A stretch of DNA of 64,000 bases from an uncultured Acidobacteriota bacterium (GTDB lineage: Bacteria; Acidobacteriota; Vicinamibacteria; Vicinamibacterales; 2-12-FULL-66-21): the NCBI GenBank assembly GCA_963847125.1, contig CAWJYM010000009.1, positions 1,106,658 to 1,170,657 of the forward strand, written 5' to 3'. Below, piece by piece: positions 26,152 through 33,852 of this stretch. The notes below the pieces were generated by a model, which made no database searches, had not been told where the DNA came from, and worked only from the letters and a program-made list of their open reading frames with translations. A program made the translations under genes and the position numbers. Numbering within the stretch: the first letter of the stretch is position 1; every line of letters begins with the position of its first letter.

Positions 26152-27044
26152 GGCTTGGCCTCGGCTTCCATTGCCTCAGCGACGAGCGCGTCGATCGCGG
26201 CGCGGTCGAGATCCTCGAGATCGTGCCGATCCTTCAGAAAGCAACCGAGCGTGTCCGACACGACGTCCGGGTCCAGGCGCTGCCGGTGCAGCCGGACGAG
26301 CGCCTGCGCCCAGTCGATCGATTCGGCGACCCCGGGCGCCTTCGAGAGCCGTCGGCGCCGCAGCGCCTGCATGACCCGGCCGATCTGCCGCGCGAGCTGC
26401 TCGCTCGCTCCCGGCACCTTCGTCCGGAGGATCCGGACCTCTTTTTCGAGCGTCGGCTGCTCGAGATACAGATACAGACAGCGGCGGCGCAGGGCGTCGC
26501 CGATTTCGCGGCTGCGGTTCGACGTCAGCACGACGTGCGGGATGTGCTCGGCGCGGATCGTGCCGAGCTCGGGAACAGTGACTTGGAAGTCGGACAGGAT
26601 TTCGAGCAGAAACGCCTCGAACCCCTCGTCGGCGCGATCGATCTCGTCCACGAGCAGGACCGGCGGCCCCTCGCGCCGGGTGATCGCGCGGAGGAGCGGG
26701 CGTTCCAGGAGATACGCGCGGTCGAAGATCAGCGATTCAATCTCGGCCGGCCCCTGACCGCCCTGCTCGGCCATCCGCACCCGCAGCAGCTGGCGCGGGT
26801 AGTTCCACTCGTACAGGGCGGTGTTGACGTCGAGCCCCTCGTAGCACTGGAGGCGGATCAGCTCGGTGTCGAGAATCGCCGCCAGCACTTTCGCGAGCTC
26901 CGTCTTCCCGCCGCCCGCCTCCCCTTCGACGAGCAGCGGCTTCCGCATCTCACGCGCGAGAAACACGGCCGTCGCGATCGCCTCGTCGGCGATGTACCCG
27001 ACGCGCTCCATCGCCTCCAGCAGGGAAGTGATCTCAGGATTCAC
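26148..27044 (-). CDS. coxD: CoxD-like MoxR-family AAA+ ATPase (start uncertain: GTG 27044, ATG 27011 or ATG 27146)
   Basis: Walker A LLVEGEAGGGKTELAKVLA, Walker B VLLVDEIDRA, sensor region LTSNRSREIGDALRRRCLY. Confidence 0.85.
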   Translation of the reverse strand: MNPEITSLLEAMERVGYIADEAIATAVFLAREMRKPLLVEGEAGGGKTELAKVLAAILDTELIRLQCYEGLDVNTALYEWNYPRQLLRVRMAEQGGQGPAEIESLIFDRAYLLERPLLRAITRREGPPVLLVDEIDRADEGFEAFLLEILSDFQVTVPELGTIRAEHIPHVVLTSNRSREIGDALRRRCLYLYLEQPTLEKEVRILRTKVPGASEQLARQIGRVMQALRRRRLSKAPGVAESIDWAQALVRLHRQRLDPDVVSDTLGCFLKDRHDLEDLDRAAIDALVAEAMEAEAKP

Positions 27045-27054
27045 AGCGGCGATC

Positions 27055-28113
27055 TCAGGAGACGACGGTGTCCGCGTACCGGTCGGGCGCCGAGACGAAG
27101 CGCTCTCGACATCCACCGCAGCAGAAGTAGTAGGTGTGCCCGCCACGCTCGGCCTTGTGCTTCGCGGTCGCGACGACCACCGTCATCCCGCAGACGGGGT
27201 CGCGTGCCTCGAGCGTGGACGGCTGCGCGGACGCGTGGTACGACCCTTTAGGGTCGTCGGACCCTTGTCGAAGGCGGTCAGGATCGTCGGACCGCGTAGC
27301 CGGCTTCGCATCCATCGCTTCCATCGCCGCACGGCAGACTTTCACGATCTCGGCCAGGATGCTCAGCGCGACTTCTTCCGGCGCCCGCGCGCCGATGTCG
27401 AGACCCGCCGGGTTCGCGATTCGGTCGAGCGCGGCGGCCGGCGTGCCACCCGCGACGAGCGTTTCGCGGATCTGCGCGAAGCGGGTGCGGGAGGCGACGA
27501 CGCCCAGGTATCCCGGCTCCAGCGCCAGCGCAGCCCTCGTGGCTTCTTCGTCGTGCTGTCCAAGCGTCGCGACGACCGCGAAGAGCCGGCCGCGCTGCGA
27601 CGCGGGACCATTTTCGAAGTGCTCCTTCCGAACGGACTCGACGATACGATCCGCCTCGGGGAAAGCAGCGCGATCCGCGTCCGGATCGGCGACGTCGATG
27701 GCATATCCCATCACCTTGCCCAGGCGCGCGAGCGCTTGCGCCGCGGGCGAGACGCCGAAGATCAGCAGGCGCGGGGCGGGCAAAACCGGATCGAGATAAA
27801 TGTCCACGCTCCCCCCGCTATGGCACGTCATTGGAAACGTCGTGACGCCGGCGCGGCCGTCGGCGTCGGGATTTGGCGACAGCGAAATCAGACGGGGCGC
27901 CGAGCCCTTCAGGGCGGCGAGCGCTTCACGGATGACGGTCGACTGAATGCAGCTGCCGCCGAGCCAGCCGTGGCACTCACCTGCTTCGGTGATGAGCGAG
28001 GCGTTCCCGACCTGGGCGGAGCTCGCCGGCTCGCGCCGCACGACGACCGCCATGACGAACGGCTCCCCTTTTTGGGCGAGCTCGGCGGCGAGTCGGAGGA
28101 CGTCAGCTTTCAT
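27055..28113 (-). CDS. XdhC/CoxI-family maturation protein with a C-terminal YHS/TRASH metal-binding domain
   Basis: MKADVLRLAAELAQKGEPFVMAVVVRREPASSAQVG (XdhC_CoxI), Rossmann-like PRLLIFGVSPAAQALARLG, and C-terminal DPVCGMTVVVATAKHKAERGGHTYYFCCGGCRERF (YHS). Confidence 0.85.
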   Translation of the reverse strand: MKADVLRLAAELAQKGEPFVMAVVVRREPASSAQVGNASLITEAGECHGWLGGSCIQSTVIREALAALKGSAPRLISLSPNPDADGRAGVTTFPMTCHSGGSVDIYLDPVLPAPRLLIFGVSPAAQALARLGKVMGYAIDVADPDADRAAFPEADRIVESVRKEHFENGPASQRGRLFAVVATLGQHDEEATRAALALEPGYLGVVASRTRFAQIRETLVAGGTPAAALDRIANPAGLDIGARAPEEVALSILAEIVKVCRAAMEAMDAKPATRSDDPDRLRQGSDDPKGSYHASAQPSTLEARDPVCGMTVVVATAKHKAERGGHTYYFCCGGCRERFVSAPDRYADTVVS

Positions 28114-28194
28114 TTTTTTCTTTGCCGTGGGGCCCCACCCCCACGGCCTGTCGCGCCTCACTTACGTTCGGCGCGTTGCTTCGGAGATCTGTTT

Positions 28195-28809
28195 TCACGT
28201 CGCGCGGTTTGCCACCTTGATTCGCTCGAGATCTTCCGGCACGTCGAGATCGGCGAGCGCTTCGGGCGGCCAGGCGACGCTTCGCGCTTCGTGACGGTGA
28301 CGTTTGACGACGTGCTTGCCGCAGCCCTCCCCTTCCGACGTGGCGAGCTCCTCGAAGAGCGAGCGGTCGTACAGGATGGGGGGCGCGTTCACCCCGTCGT
28401 AGTCGGAGATCACGAGCGGCGCCGTGCCCTGCCGATACTCACCGACGAGCGTCTCGATCATCTCGGAGGTGACGAACGGCATGTCCGCGAGCATCACGAC
28501 CGCCGCCAGCGCCGTCGTCTGCGAGACGGCCTGAATCCCGGTTTTCAGCGAGCTGTTCACGCCGGCTGAGTAGTTCGGGTTGAACACCGCCTGGCACTTG
28601 AGCGTTTCGATTGCCTCATGGACCCGATCCGCCTGGTGGCCCACGACGACGAACACGGGATCGAGGCCGGCCTCGACCGCGCGCCGCACCGCGCGATGGA
28701 CGATCGCCTCTCCGTCGAGCTCCAGGAACAGCTTGTTTCGTCCCATTCGCGTGGACGTTCCAGCCGCGAGGACGATTCCCGCGACGGCCCCTGCGCGCTC
28801 AGACGGCAT
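28195..28809 (-). CDS. mocA: MobA-like nucleotidyltransferase (molybdenum cofactor cytidylyltransferase type)
   Basis: AGIVLAAGTSTRMGRNKLFLELDGEAIV ... VVMLADMPFV is the NTP_transf_3 pattern. Confidence 0.85.
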   Translation of the reverse strand: MPSERAGAVAGIVLAAGTSTRMGRNKLFLELDGEAIVHRAVRRAVEAGLDPVFVVVGHQADRVHEAIETLKCQAVFNPNYSAGVNSSLKTGIQAVSQTTALAAVVMLADMPFVTSEMIETLVGEYRQGTAPLVISDYDGVNAPPILYDRSLFEELATSEGEGCGKHVVKRHRHEARSVAWPPEALADLDVPEDLERIKVANRAT

Positions 28810-29700
28810 GGATCGCGTCTCCTCGTTCCCGCAGGTGGCCAGGGTGCAGGCGCGCGTGCACCGCCAGCAGCTCGGCGACGATGCTGATGGCGATCTGTTC
28901 GGGGCCTTCGGCGCCGACGTCGAGGCCGACCGGGCCGAAAACCCGGCGCTCGTTCGGCGACCCGGCGAGGCGGAGAATCTTTTCCGTGCGCGCGCGCGGC
29001 CCGAGCAGCCCGATGTATGACGCGTCGGTCTGAAGAAGCAGGCGCAGCCAGCCGCGATCGTGCTCGAAGGCGTGCATCTTCACGACGACCAGGGTGCGCC
29101 CATCGACGACTAGCGCGCCGATCCCGGCGTCGGGTCTCGCCTCGACGAGGCGGCGGGCGGCGGGGAACCGTTCGGCGGTCAGATAAGCGGGACGATGATC
29201 GACGACGGTCACCGCGAAGCCGGCGTCGGCCGCGTACGCCACGAGCGGCACCGCATCGTCGCCGGCGCCGCAGACGATCAATGTCGGCGGCGCGACCAGC
29301 ACGTCGGAGAACACGACCGTTTGCGGGCCTGGGGCCTGGGACCCAGGGCCTGGTGTTTGAGAGTCGAGCCGGTCGAGCCGGGACCGGCCGTGCGCGATGG
29401 CGGCCGAGGCGCGGCGCGTCACATCGCGGTCGAGCCCGGGTTTCCCGATCGAGCCCGTGCGATCTCCGGCCGCGCTCAGGACGATCGAGCGGCCGACGTC
29501 CGCCGGGCCGGACACGATCGTCGCGACGGCGAAGCTGTCCGATCCGTCGAGCCGGGCGTGAACGGCCCGAAGCGTGTCGAGCACCGACGGCTCGGTCGCG
29601 GGTTGGACGAAGATGTCGACGGATCCGTTGCAGCCGAGGCCGAGTCCCCAGACCATGCGGTCGTCGGAGCCGGTGTCATAGTGCAGGAGTCGCGGGGTGC
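28799..29700 (-). CDS. XdhC-family protein, C-terminal part (after a +1 frameshift near 29700)
   Basis: The open frame reads SGTPRLLHYDTGSDDRMVWGLGLGCNGSVDIFVQP ... PTLIVCGAGDDAVPLVAYAADAGFAVTVVDHRPAY ... YIGLLGPRART. This is the XdhC core and Rossmann domain. Confidence 0.8.
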
Positions 29701-29927
29701 CGGACGCCGATGACCTGTTGCGCGACCTCGCGGACGTCGCTCTCGAGGCAGCCGCCGCTCACGCCGCCGAGCGTCCGACCGTCATCCTCGACGAGAAACT
29801 TCGCGCCTGGTCTTCGATAAGCTGATCCGGTGATGTCGACGACCGTCGCGAGCGCGGCGGGCCGCCCGAGAGCGGCGAGACGAAGGATGCGTACGACGAT
29901 CTCTGTCGTTTCACGCCAGTGTTTCAT
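29676..29927 (-). CDS. XdhC-family protein, N-terminal part (XdhC_CoxI domain), cut short by the frameshift
   Basis: MKHWRETTEIVVRILRLAALGRPAALATVVDITGSAYRRPGAKFLVEDDGRTLGGVSGGCLESDV; the frame is lost after EVAQQVIG. Confidence 0.8.
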   Translation of the reverse strand: MKHWRETTEIVVRILRLAALGRPAALATVVDITGSAYRRPGAKFLVEDDGRTLGGVSGGCLESDVREVAQQVIGVRHPATPAL

Positions 29928-29950
29928 TGAAGGCTCGGGGGGTTCCGTAC

Positions 29951-29979
29951 TGTATATCCACCGAACAGATAGGTGTCAA
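29951..29979 (-). promoter_or_regulatory. Candidate sigma70-type promoter for the cox/xdhC operon: TTGACA-N17-TATACA
   Basis: The minus strand reads TTGACAcctatctgttcggtggaTATACA. The -10 ends 23 nt upstream of the xdhC ATG (29927). Confidence 0.5.
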
Positions 29980-30152
29980 TGGAGCGTGGACCCGGTTGCC
30001 CCATTCCCGGGCATAACCCGTGACTTCACTCGAACGGTTTAAGGGGGAGTTTCGGGAGGATCAGGGAGGATGACTTCACGGATCACAGCTTGCCGCGCCG
30101 AAGCCTTGGCGTAGGCGGGGCCACGGATTTCGCGGAAAACGCGGCCCGCCGT

Positions 30153-30419
30153 TCATCTGCCGCTGTGAGATCGAAGGTTGAACCAGAAAACAAACGTCAG
30201 CTTGTTACCGCCGCGGAACTGCAACTCCAGACTGCCGCTTCCACGTTTCACGCGGAGAACCAGCCCATCGCACAGACCTATGTCGGTCCATAGTCGACGC
30301 GGGTCGTCCGGCGGGCTCGGTCCGAGCGCCGCCAGATGTGCTTCGTACGCCGCGTTCATTTGATTGGCCTCCACATCCGGTAGATCGCCCCGGAGCCACG
30401 CTTTCGTAAAGAACTTCAG
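30153..30419 (-). pseudogene. Truncated paralogue of the 41231-41753 gene (DUF4085-like N-terminus); no ATG, and divergent/short after ~60 aa
   Basis: LKFFTKAWLRGDLPDVEANQMNAAYEAHLAALGPSPPDDPRRLWTDIGLCDGLVLRVKRGSGSLELQFRGGN aligns to the second copy. Similarity is lost after GGN and a stop follows 15 codons later. Confidence 0.6.
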
Positions 30420-30539
30420 AGGACTTCCAGGTGGGGACGCTCAATCGTAGGAAAAGCGTCACCTCAACCCCCGCACGGAGTTCCGACGGCGAGAACCGGA
30501 TATCGACCGACATCGTGCGACGGGCCCTCACCTCGACGG

Positions 30540-31094
30540 TGACGTCGCGCGCCAACCGACCACCTCGCGGGCGGCTAGTGGGCGTCACCACTTGTTTGAC
30601 ACACTGGCCTTCAGCGCCACGATGTCGACCGCTTGCTCCGCGACGGATGTGTTTTCGGGCGACGGTTCTTCTTCGAGCTGCCGCAGCAGCTTGGCTTGAT
30701 CGAGCTCACCTGGTAGTGCTCGCCCAGCCAGCGGACCACCTCGCGGCGGCCGGTGGGCGTCACCACTTTTTTGACACCACCGCTTTCAGCGCCACGATGT
30801 CAAGGGCCTGCTCCGCGACGATGTGCTTCAAGCGGCGGTTTTCTTCCTCGAGCTGCTGCAGCCGCTTGGCTTCATCGAGCTGCAGACCGCCGAACTTGGG
30901 CTTCCACTCGTAATAGGTGTTCTTGTGGACCTCGTAGGCGCGGCACAGATCCTCGACCTTCCGGCCGGCTTCCCCTTCGCGGAGAATCTTGAGGATTTGC
31001 TCCTCATGAATCGACTCCGTCGCATCGTCCCTCCTCGGGAGAGAGTGCGGCGCAGTCACAGTCTAGGCTGGGTCAGTTTTGAGGGGGCAGGTCA
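30540..31094 (-). mobile_element. IS3-family insertion-sequence remnant: left inverted repeat, orfA, frameshift site, first ~20 codons of orfB, plus a tandem ~185-bp partial duplication; no DDE domain
   Basis: The terminal sequence TGACCTGCCCCCTCAAAACTGACC (minus strand) ends at 31094. Slippery heptamer A-AAA-AAG at 30766-30772. 30558-30740 is a degraded repeat of 30742-30900. Confidence 0.8.
30760..31059 (-). CDS. IS3-family transposase OrfA (HTH/leucine-zipper protein)
   Basis: EEQILKILREGEAGRKVEDLCRAYEVHKNTYYEWKPKFGGLQLDEAKRLQQLEEENRRLKHIVAEQALDIVALKAVVSKKW is the classic IS3/IS407-group OrfA, ending at the frameshift window. Confidence 0.9.
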   Translation of the reverse strand: MTAPHSLPRRDDATESIHEEQILKILREGEAGRKVEDLCRAYEVHKNTYYEWKPKFGGLQLDEAKRLQQLEEENRRLKHIVAEQALDIVALKAVVSKKW

Positions 31095-31273
31095 AGAGCG
31101 CGCGGCGTGAACCGCTTAGGCTCTCGTATTCGATCTTCGTCGCGGGCGCCGCGGGCGTCGGTGATGCGGATGACTCGCCCAGCGAGATCGGCAGCTCGCG
31201 CCTCGCTCTGCCCGAGCGGCGTCGTCATCAGTGCCACGTCCCGAAAGCATACCCGAGTCTACTTACGCCCTGT

Positions 31274-31675
31274 CTACTTGACGGGGAAGCTTACGGTCGA
31301 GACGAGCCAAATCAACCCACCGAGAACGACGTAGATAATCAGAATCACCCCCCACGTAGCGCTCGTCGCCCCCTCCCCTGACTGAGTAAGAAGGACATAG
31401 GTCAGAAAGACGAGCCAGCACAGGTTGTAGGCGATCAAGACGTACCGTCCCCAGTTTCGGCGGCGGAGGAGAGCGTAGCCAATGACAAAGGAGGGCACGA
31501 CGGCGACGATTCTGAACGCCCACCAGGCCAGGGAGTCTGAATTGGATTCCGGGAGAGTGGCCCGAGGGGAGACCAACATAACAAGCAGCACCAGAATTGG
31601 AAAAGCCGAGCCGAACACGGCAACACCAATGTAGCCGATGCCAACAAGCACAAGTAAGCTCGAGTTGTTTTTCAT
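31274..31675 (-). CDS. Four-TM small membrane protein; candidate immunity protein for the upstream Rhs-type toxin cassette
   Basis: 133-aa ORF in a low-G+C patch, starting 25 nt after the toxin stop. Four hydrophobic helices (LLVLVGIGYIGVAVFGSAFPILVLLVML, FRIVAVVPSFVIGYALL, VLIAYNLCWLVFLTYVLL, WGVILIIYVVLGGLIWLV). The immunity role is inferred from position only. Confidence 0.45.
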   Translation of the reverse strand: MKNNSSLLVLVGIGYIGVAVFGSAFPILVLLVMLVSPRATLPESNSDSLAWWAFRIVAVVPSFVIGYALLRRRNWGRYVLIAYNLCWLVFLTYVLLTQSGEGATSATWGVILIIYVVLGGLIWLVSTVSFPVK

Positions 31676-31700
31676 ATCGGGCCTGTCTGCATCCTGATCA

Positions 31701-32135
31701 TTAGTAGCCCCTCGTGCAAAGAGTTAAACAACTATAGTGACCCACCCATTCATGACACAGCGCCGTGATAAAGTAAGGATCTTTCCTGCCGACCCACTCA
31801 ACGCAGAGACGATCCATATTCTGCAGGCAATCTCGAATACAACTGTTTATAGGTCCACAACCCATAAAATTGCACACGGATGGCACAAGCCGACAATAGT
31901 AGCCCCTTGAAAAGAAGTTCTGCACTTCGCGGCACCTCGTTTGATAATAGGTACAGTCGGGGCATAAACCGAGCGGATCGGTTAACGTTGTGACGCGATT
32001 GTTTACGTACGAATAGGAGTTTGCGTACTGGGGATCACGCTGAACGTACTGCCCGAGTGGAGGGGTGTCAATGACGCGCGGCCGACGATAACGATCGCGC
32101 TCCGCTGATTCTCGCCGGCGAGCCAGGGCGCGGAT
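31701..32135 (-). pseudogene. Orphan (start-less) Rhs/YD-repeat C-terminal cassette: end of the Rhs core (DPLGL) followed by an 87-aa, 12-cysteine candidate toxin domain
   Basis: The open frame from the TAA at 32136-32138 reads ...RDRYRRPRVIDTPPLGQYVQRDPQYANSYSYVNNRVTTLTDPLGL (DPLGL at 31965-31979), then CPDCTYYQTRC ... LCTRGY and a stop. No ATG/GTG/TTG occurs before GTG 31925, which lies inside the toxin domain. Confidence 0.55.
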
Positions 32136-32157
32136 TTACGGTATCCTGCAGCCCTCG

Positions 32158-33852
32158 ATGGAATCGACGGGAACGGACCGACGCGTCGAAGGGCGCACGG
32201 TCCGTTCGGCGATCGGCGTCTACGGCGAGCGTGCCCCGCTCGTCATGGTGGTCCTTGGATTTTCTGCAGGCCTGCCCCACTACCTGATCTTCGACACGCT
32301 CTCGGCCTGGCTGCGCTCGGCCGGCCTCTCGCTCGAAGTCATCGGTTTCTTCAGCCTCGTCACTCTGGTCTCGACGTTCAAGTTCCTGTGGGCGCCGTTC
32401 ATCGACCGGGCGCGCGTGCCGATCCTCACTGCCTGGCTCGGGCATCGCCGCTCGTGGATGCTGGTCTGCCAGGCCCTAATCATGCTCGGCTTGTGGCTGG
32501 TCGCCGGCTCCGATCCGTCGCACAGCCTGGGCAGGATCGCCATCTTCGCCGTCCTCGTCGGCTTCTCGGCAGCCACCCAGGACATCGCGGTCGACGCGTG
32601 GCGCATCGAAGCGACGGAGACGACGAAGCAGGGCGCCATGGCGGCCGCCTATCAGTGGGGCTATCGCGTCGCGATCATTATCTCGGGCGCAGTGCCGCTG
32701 CTCCTCGCAAATGCCTACGGCTGGAATTTCTCGTACGCCGTGATGGCCGCGCTGATGCTCGTCGGGGTCCTCGGCGTACTGGCGGCGCCGCGCGAGCAGC
32801 GCCATGCCATCCGTCCGATCCAGACCGAAGGCATACGGCCCGCTCCGGTGCTCGAGGCGCTCGAATGGATCGCGCGGCTCGCGATCCTGGGGGCGGGCGC
32901 GCTCGTGCTTGGATCGGGTCTTGCGGCCAATGCCGGTGTGCTCGCGCGGGTGCTCGGCGCGATCGGCGCAGACCGCGCGCGCGACGCGGTCGTCGCCGCG
33001 TGGTCGTCGGACGCGCGGGTGTGGGTGCACCTGGCCGCGGTCGCCGCCGGGTTCGCCGTGATCGTCGTCGCGGCGCTCCCCCTCCCCGGCGCCCGCACGC
33101 GTCCGGGCGTGTATCTGTCGTCGGCGCTCGCCGATCCGCTCCGCGATTTTTTCACGCGCTACCGCACCACCGGCGCGCTGATCCTCGCGCTCATCTGCCT
33201 GTACCGCGTCCCGGACTTTGTGCTGACCATCATGAACCCGTTCTATCTCGACCTCGGCTACACCCTGGTCGAGATCGCCGAGGTGCGGAAGATCTTCGGC
33301 GTCGTGATGAGCATGTTCGGCGTCTTCGTGGGAGGCGTGCTGGTGGCGCGCTACGGGCTCATGCGCTCACTGATGATTGGCGCGTTCGCCGGACCACTGA
33401 GCAATCTGCTGTTCGTCTGGCTGGCGCTGCAGGAGCACCACGTCATGGCGCTGTTCGCCGCGATCGGCCTGGACAACATCGCGGGCGGCATCGCCGGGAC
33501 ATGCCTGATCGCGTACATGTCGAGCCTGACATCGGTCGGCTTCACGGCTACGCAGTACGCGCTCTTCTCCTCTCTCTACGCGATACCGGGCCGGCTGATC
33601 GCGTCTCAATCGGGACGCATCGTCGAAGCCGTGGCGCGCAGCGCCGACGCGGGCGGCGTGCTCGCAGGTCTGAAAGCCCTCGTCGCGAGCGAGGCGCCGC
33701 AGAACTTCGCCGCCGCCGTCGAGCGATCGGGCGTCACGCCCGCGGCGCTGGGCGCCGGCTACATCGTGTTCTTCGTGTACACGGCGCTGCTCGGGGTTGC
33801 CTCGGTGATCCTCTCGATCGCCGTGTGGCGCCGCGTCAATACTGAGGGCTGA
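32158..33852 (+). CDS. ampG: AmpG-family muropeptide permease (MFS)
   Basis: LVMVVLGFSAGLPHYLIFDTLSAWLRSAGLSLEVIGFFSLVTLVSTFKFLWAPFIDR and 12-14 TM segments are typical of AmpG. Confidence 0.88.
   Translation: MESTGTDRRVEGRTVRSAIGVYGERAPLVMVVLGFSAGLPHYLIFDTLSAWLRSAGLSLEVIGFFSLVTLVSTFKFLWAPFIDRARVPILTAWLGHRRSWMLVCQALIMLGLWLVAGSDPSHSLGRIAIFAVLVGFSAATQDIAVDAWRIEATETTKQGAMAAAYQWGYRVAIIISGAVPLLLANAYGWNFSYAVMAALMLVGVLGVLAAPREQRHAIRPIQTEGIRPAPVLEALEWIARLAILGAGALVLGSGLAANAGVLARVLGAIGADRARDAVVAAWSSDARVWVHLAAVAAGFAVIVVAALPLPGARTRPGVYLSSALADPLRDFFTRYRTTGALILALICLYRVPDFVLTIMNPFYLDLGYTLVEIAEVRKIFGVVMSMFGVFVGGVLVARYGLMRSLMIGAFAGPLSNLLFVWLALQEHHVMALFAAIGLDNIAGGIAGTCLIAYMSSLTSVGFTATQYALFSSLYAIPGRLIASQSGRIVEAVARSADAGGVLAGLKALVASEAPQNFAAAVERSGVTPAALGAGYIVFFVYTALLGVASVILSIAVWRRVNTEG

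Noticed and set aside
24202-26757. 851-aa plus-strand ORF across the coxG-coxE-coxD region
   Set aside because: Antisense to three well-supported genes. Its composition is dominated by Arg, Gly, Asp and Glu with no recognisable domain.
30205-30591. 128-aa minus-strand ORF downstream of IS3 orfA
   Set aside because: A composite of the degraded duplicate of the orfA/orfB junction and out-of-frame reading of the truncated DUF4085-like gene. There is no coherent protein.
31095-31273. Short minus-strand frame (VALMTTPLGQSEARAADLAGRVIRITDARGARDED...) running into the IS3 end
   Set aside because: Possibly the remnant of a gene disrupted by the IS. It is too short and featureless to name, so it is not reported as a feature.
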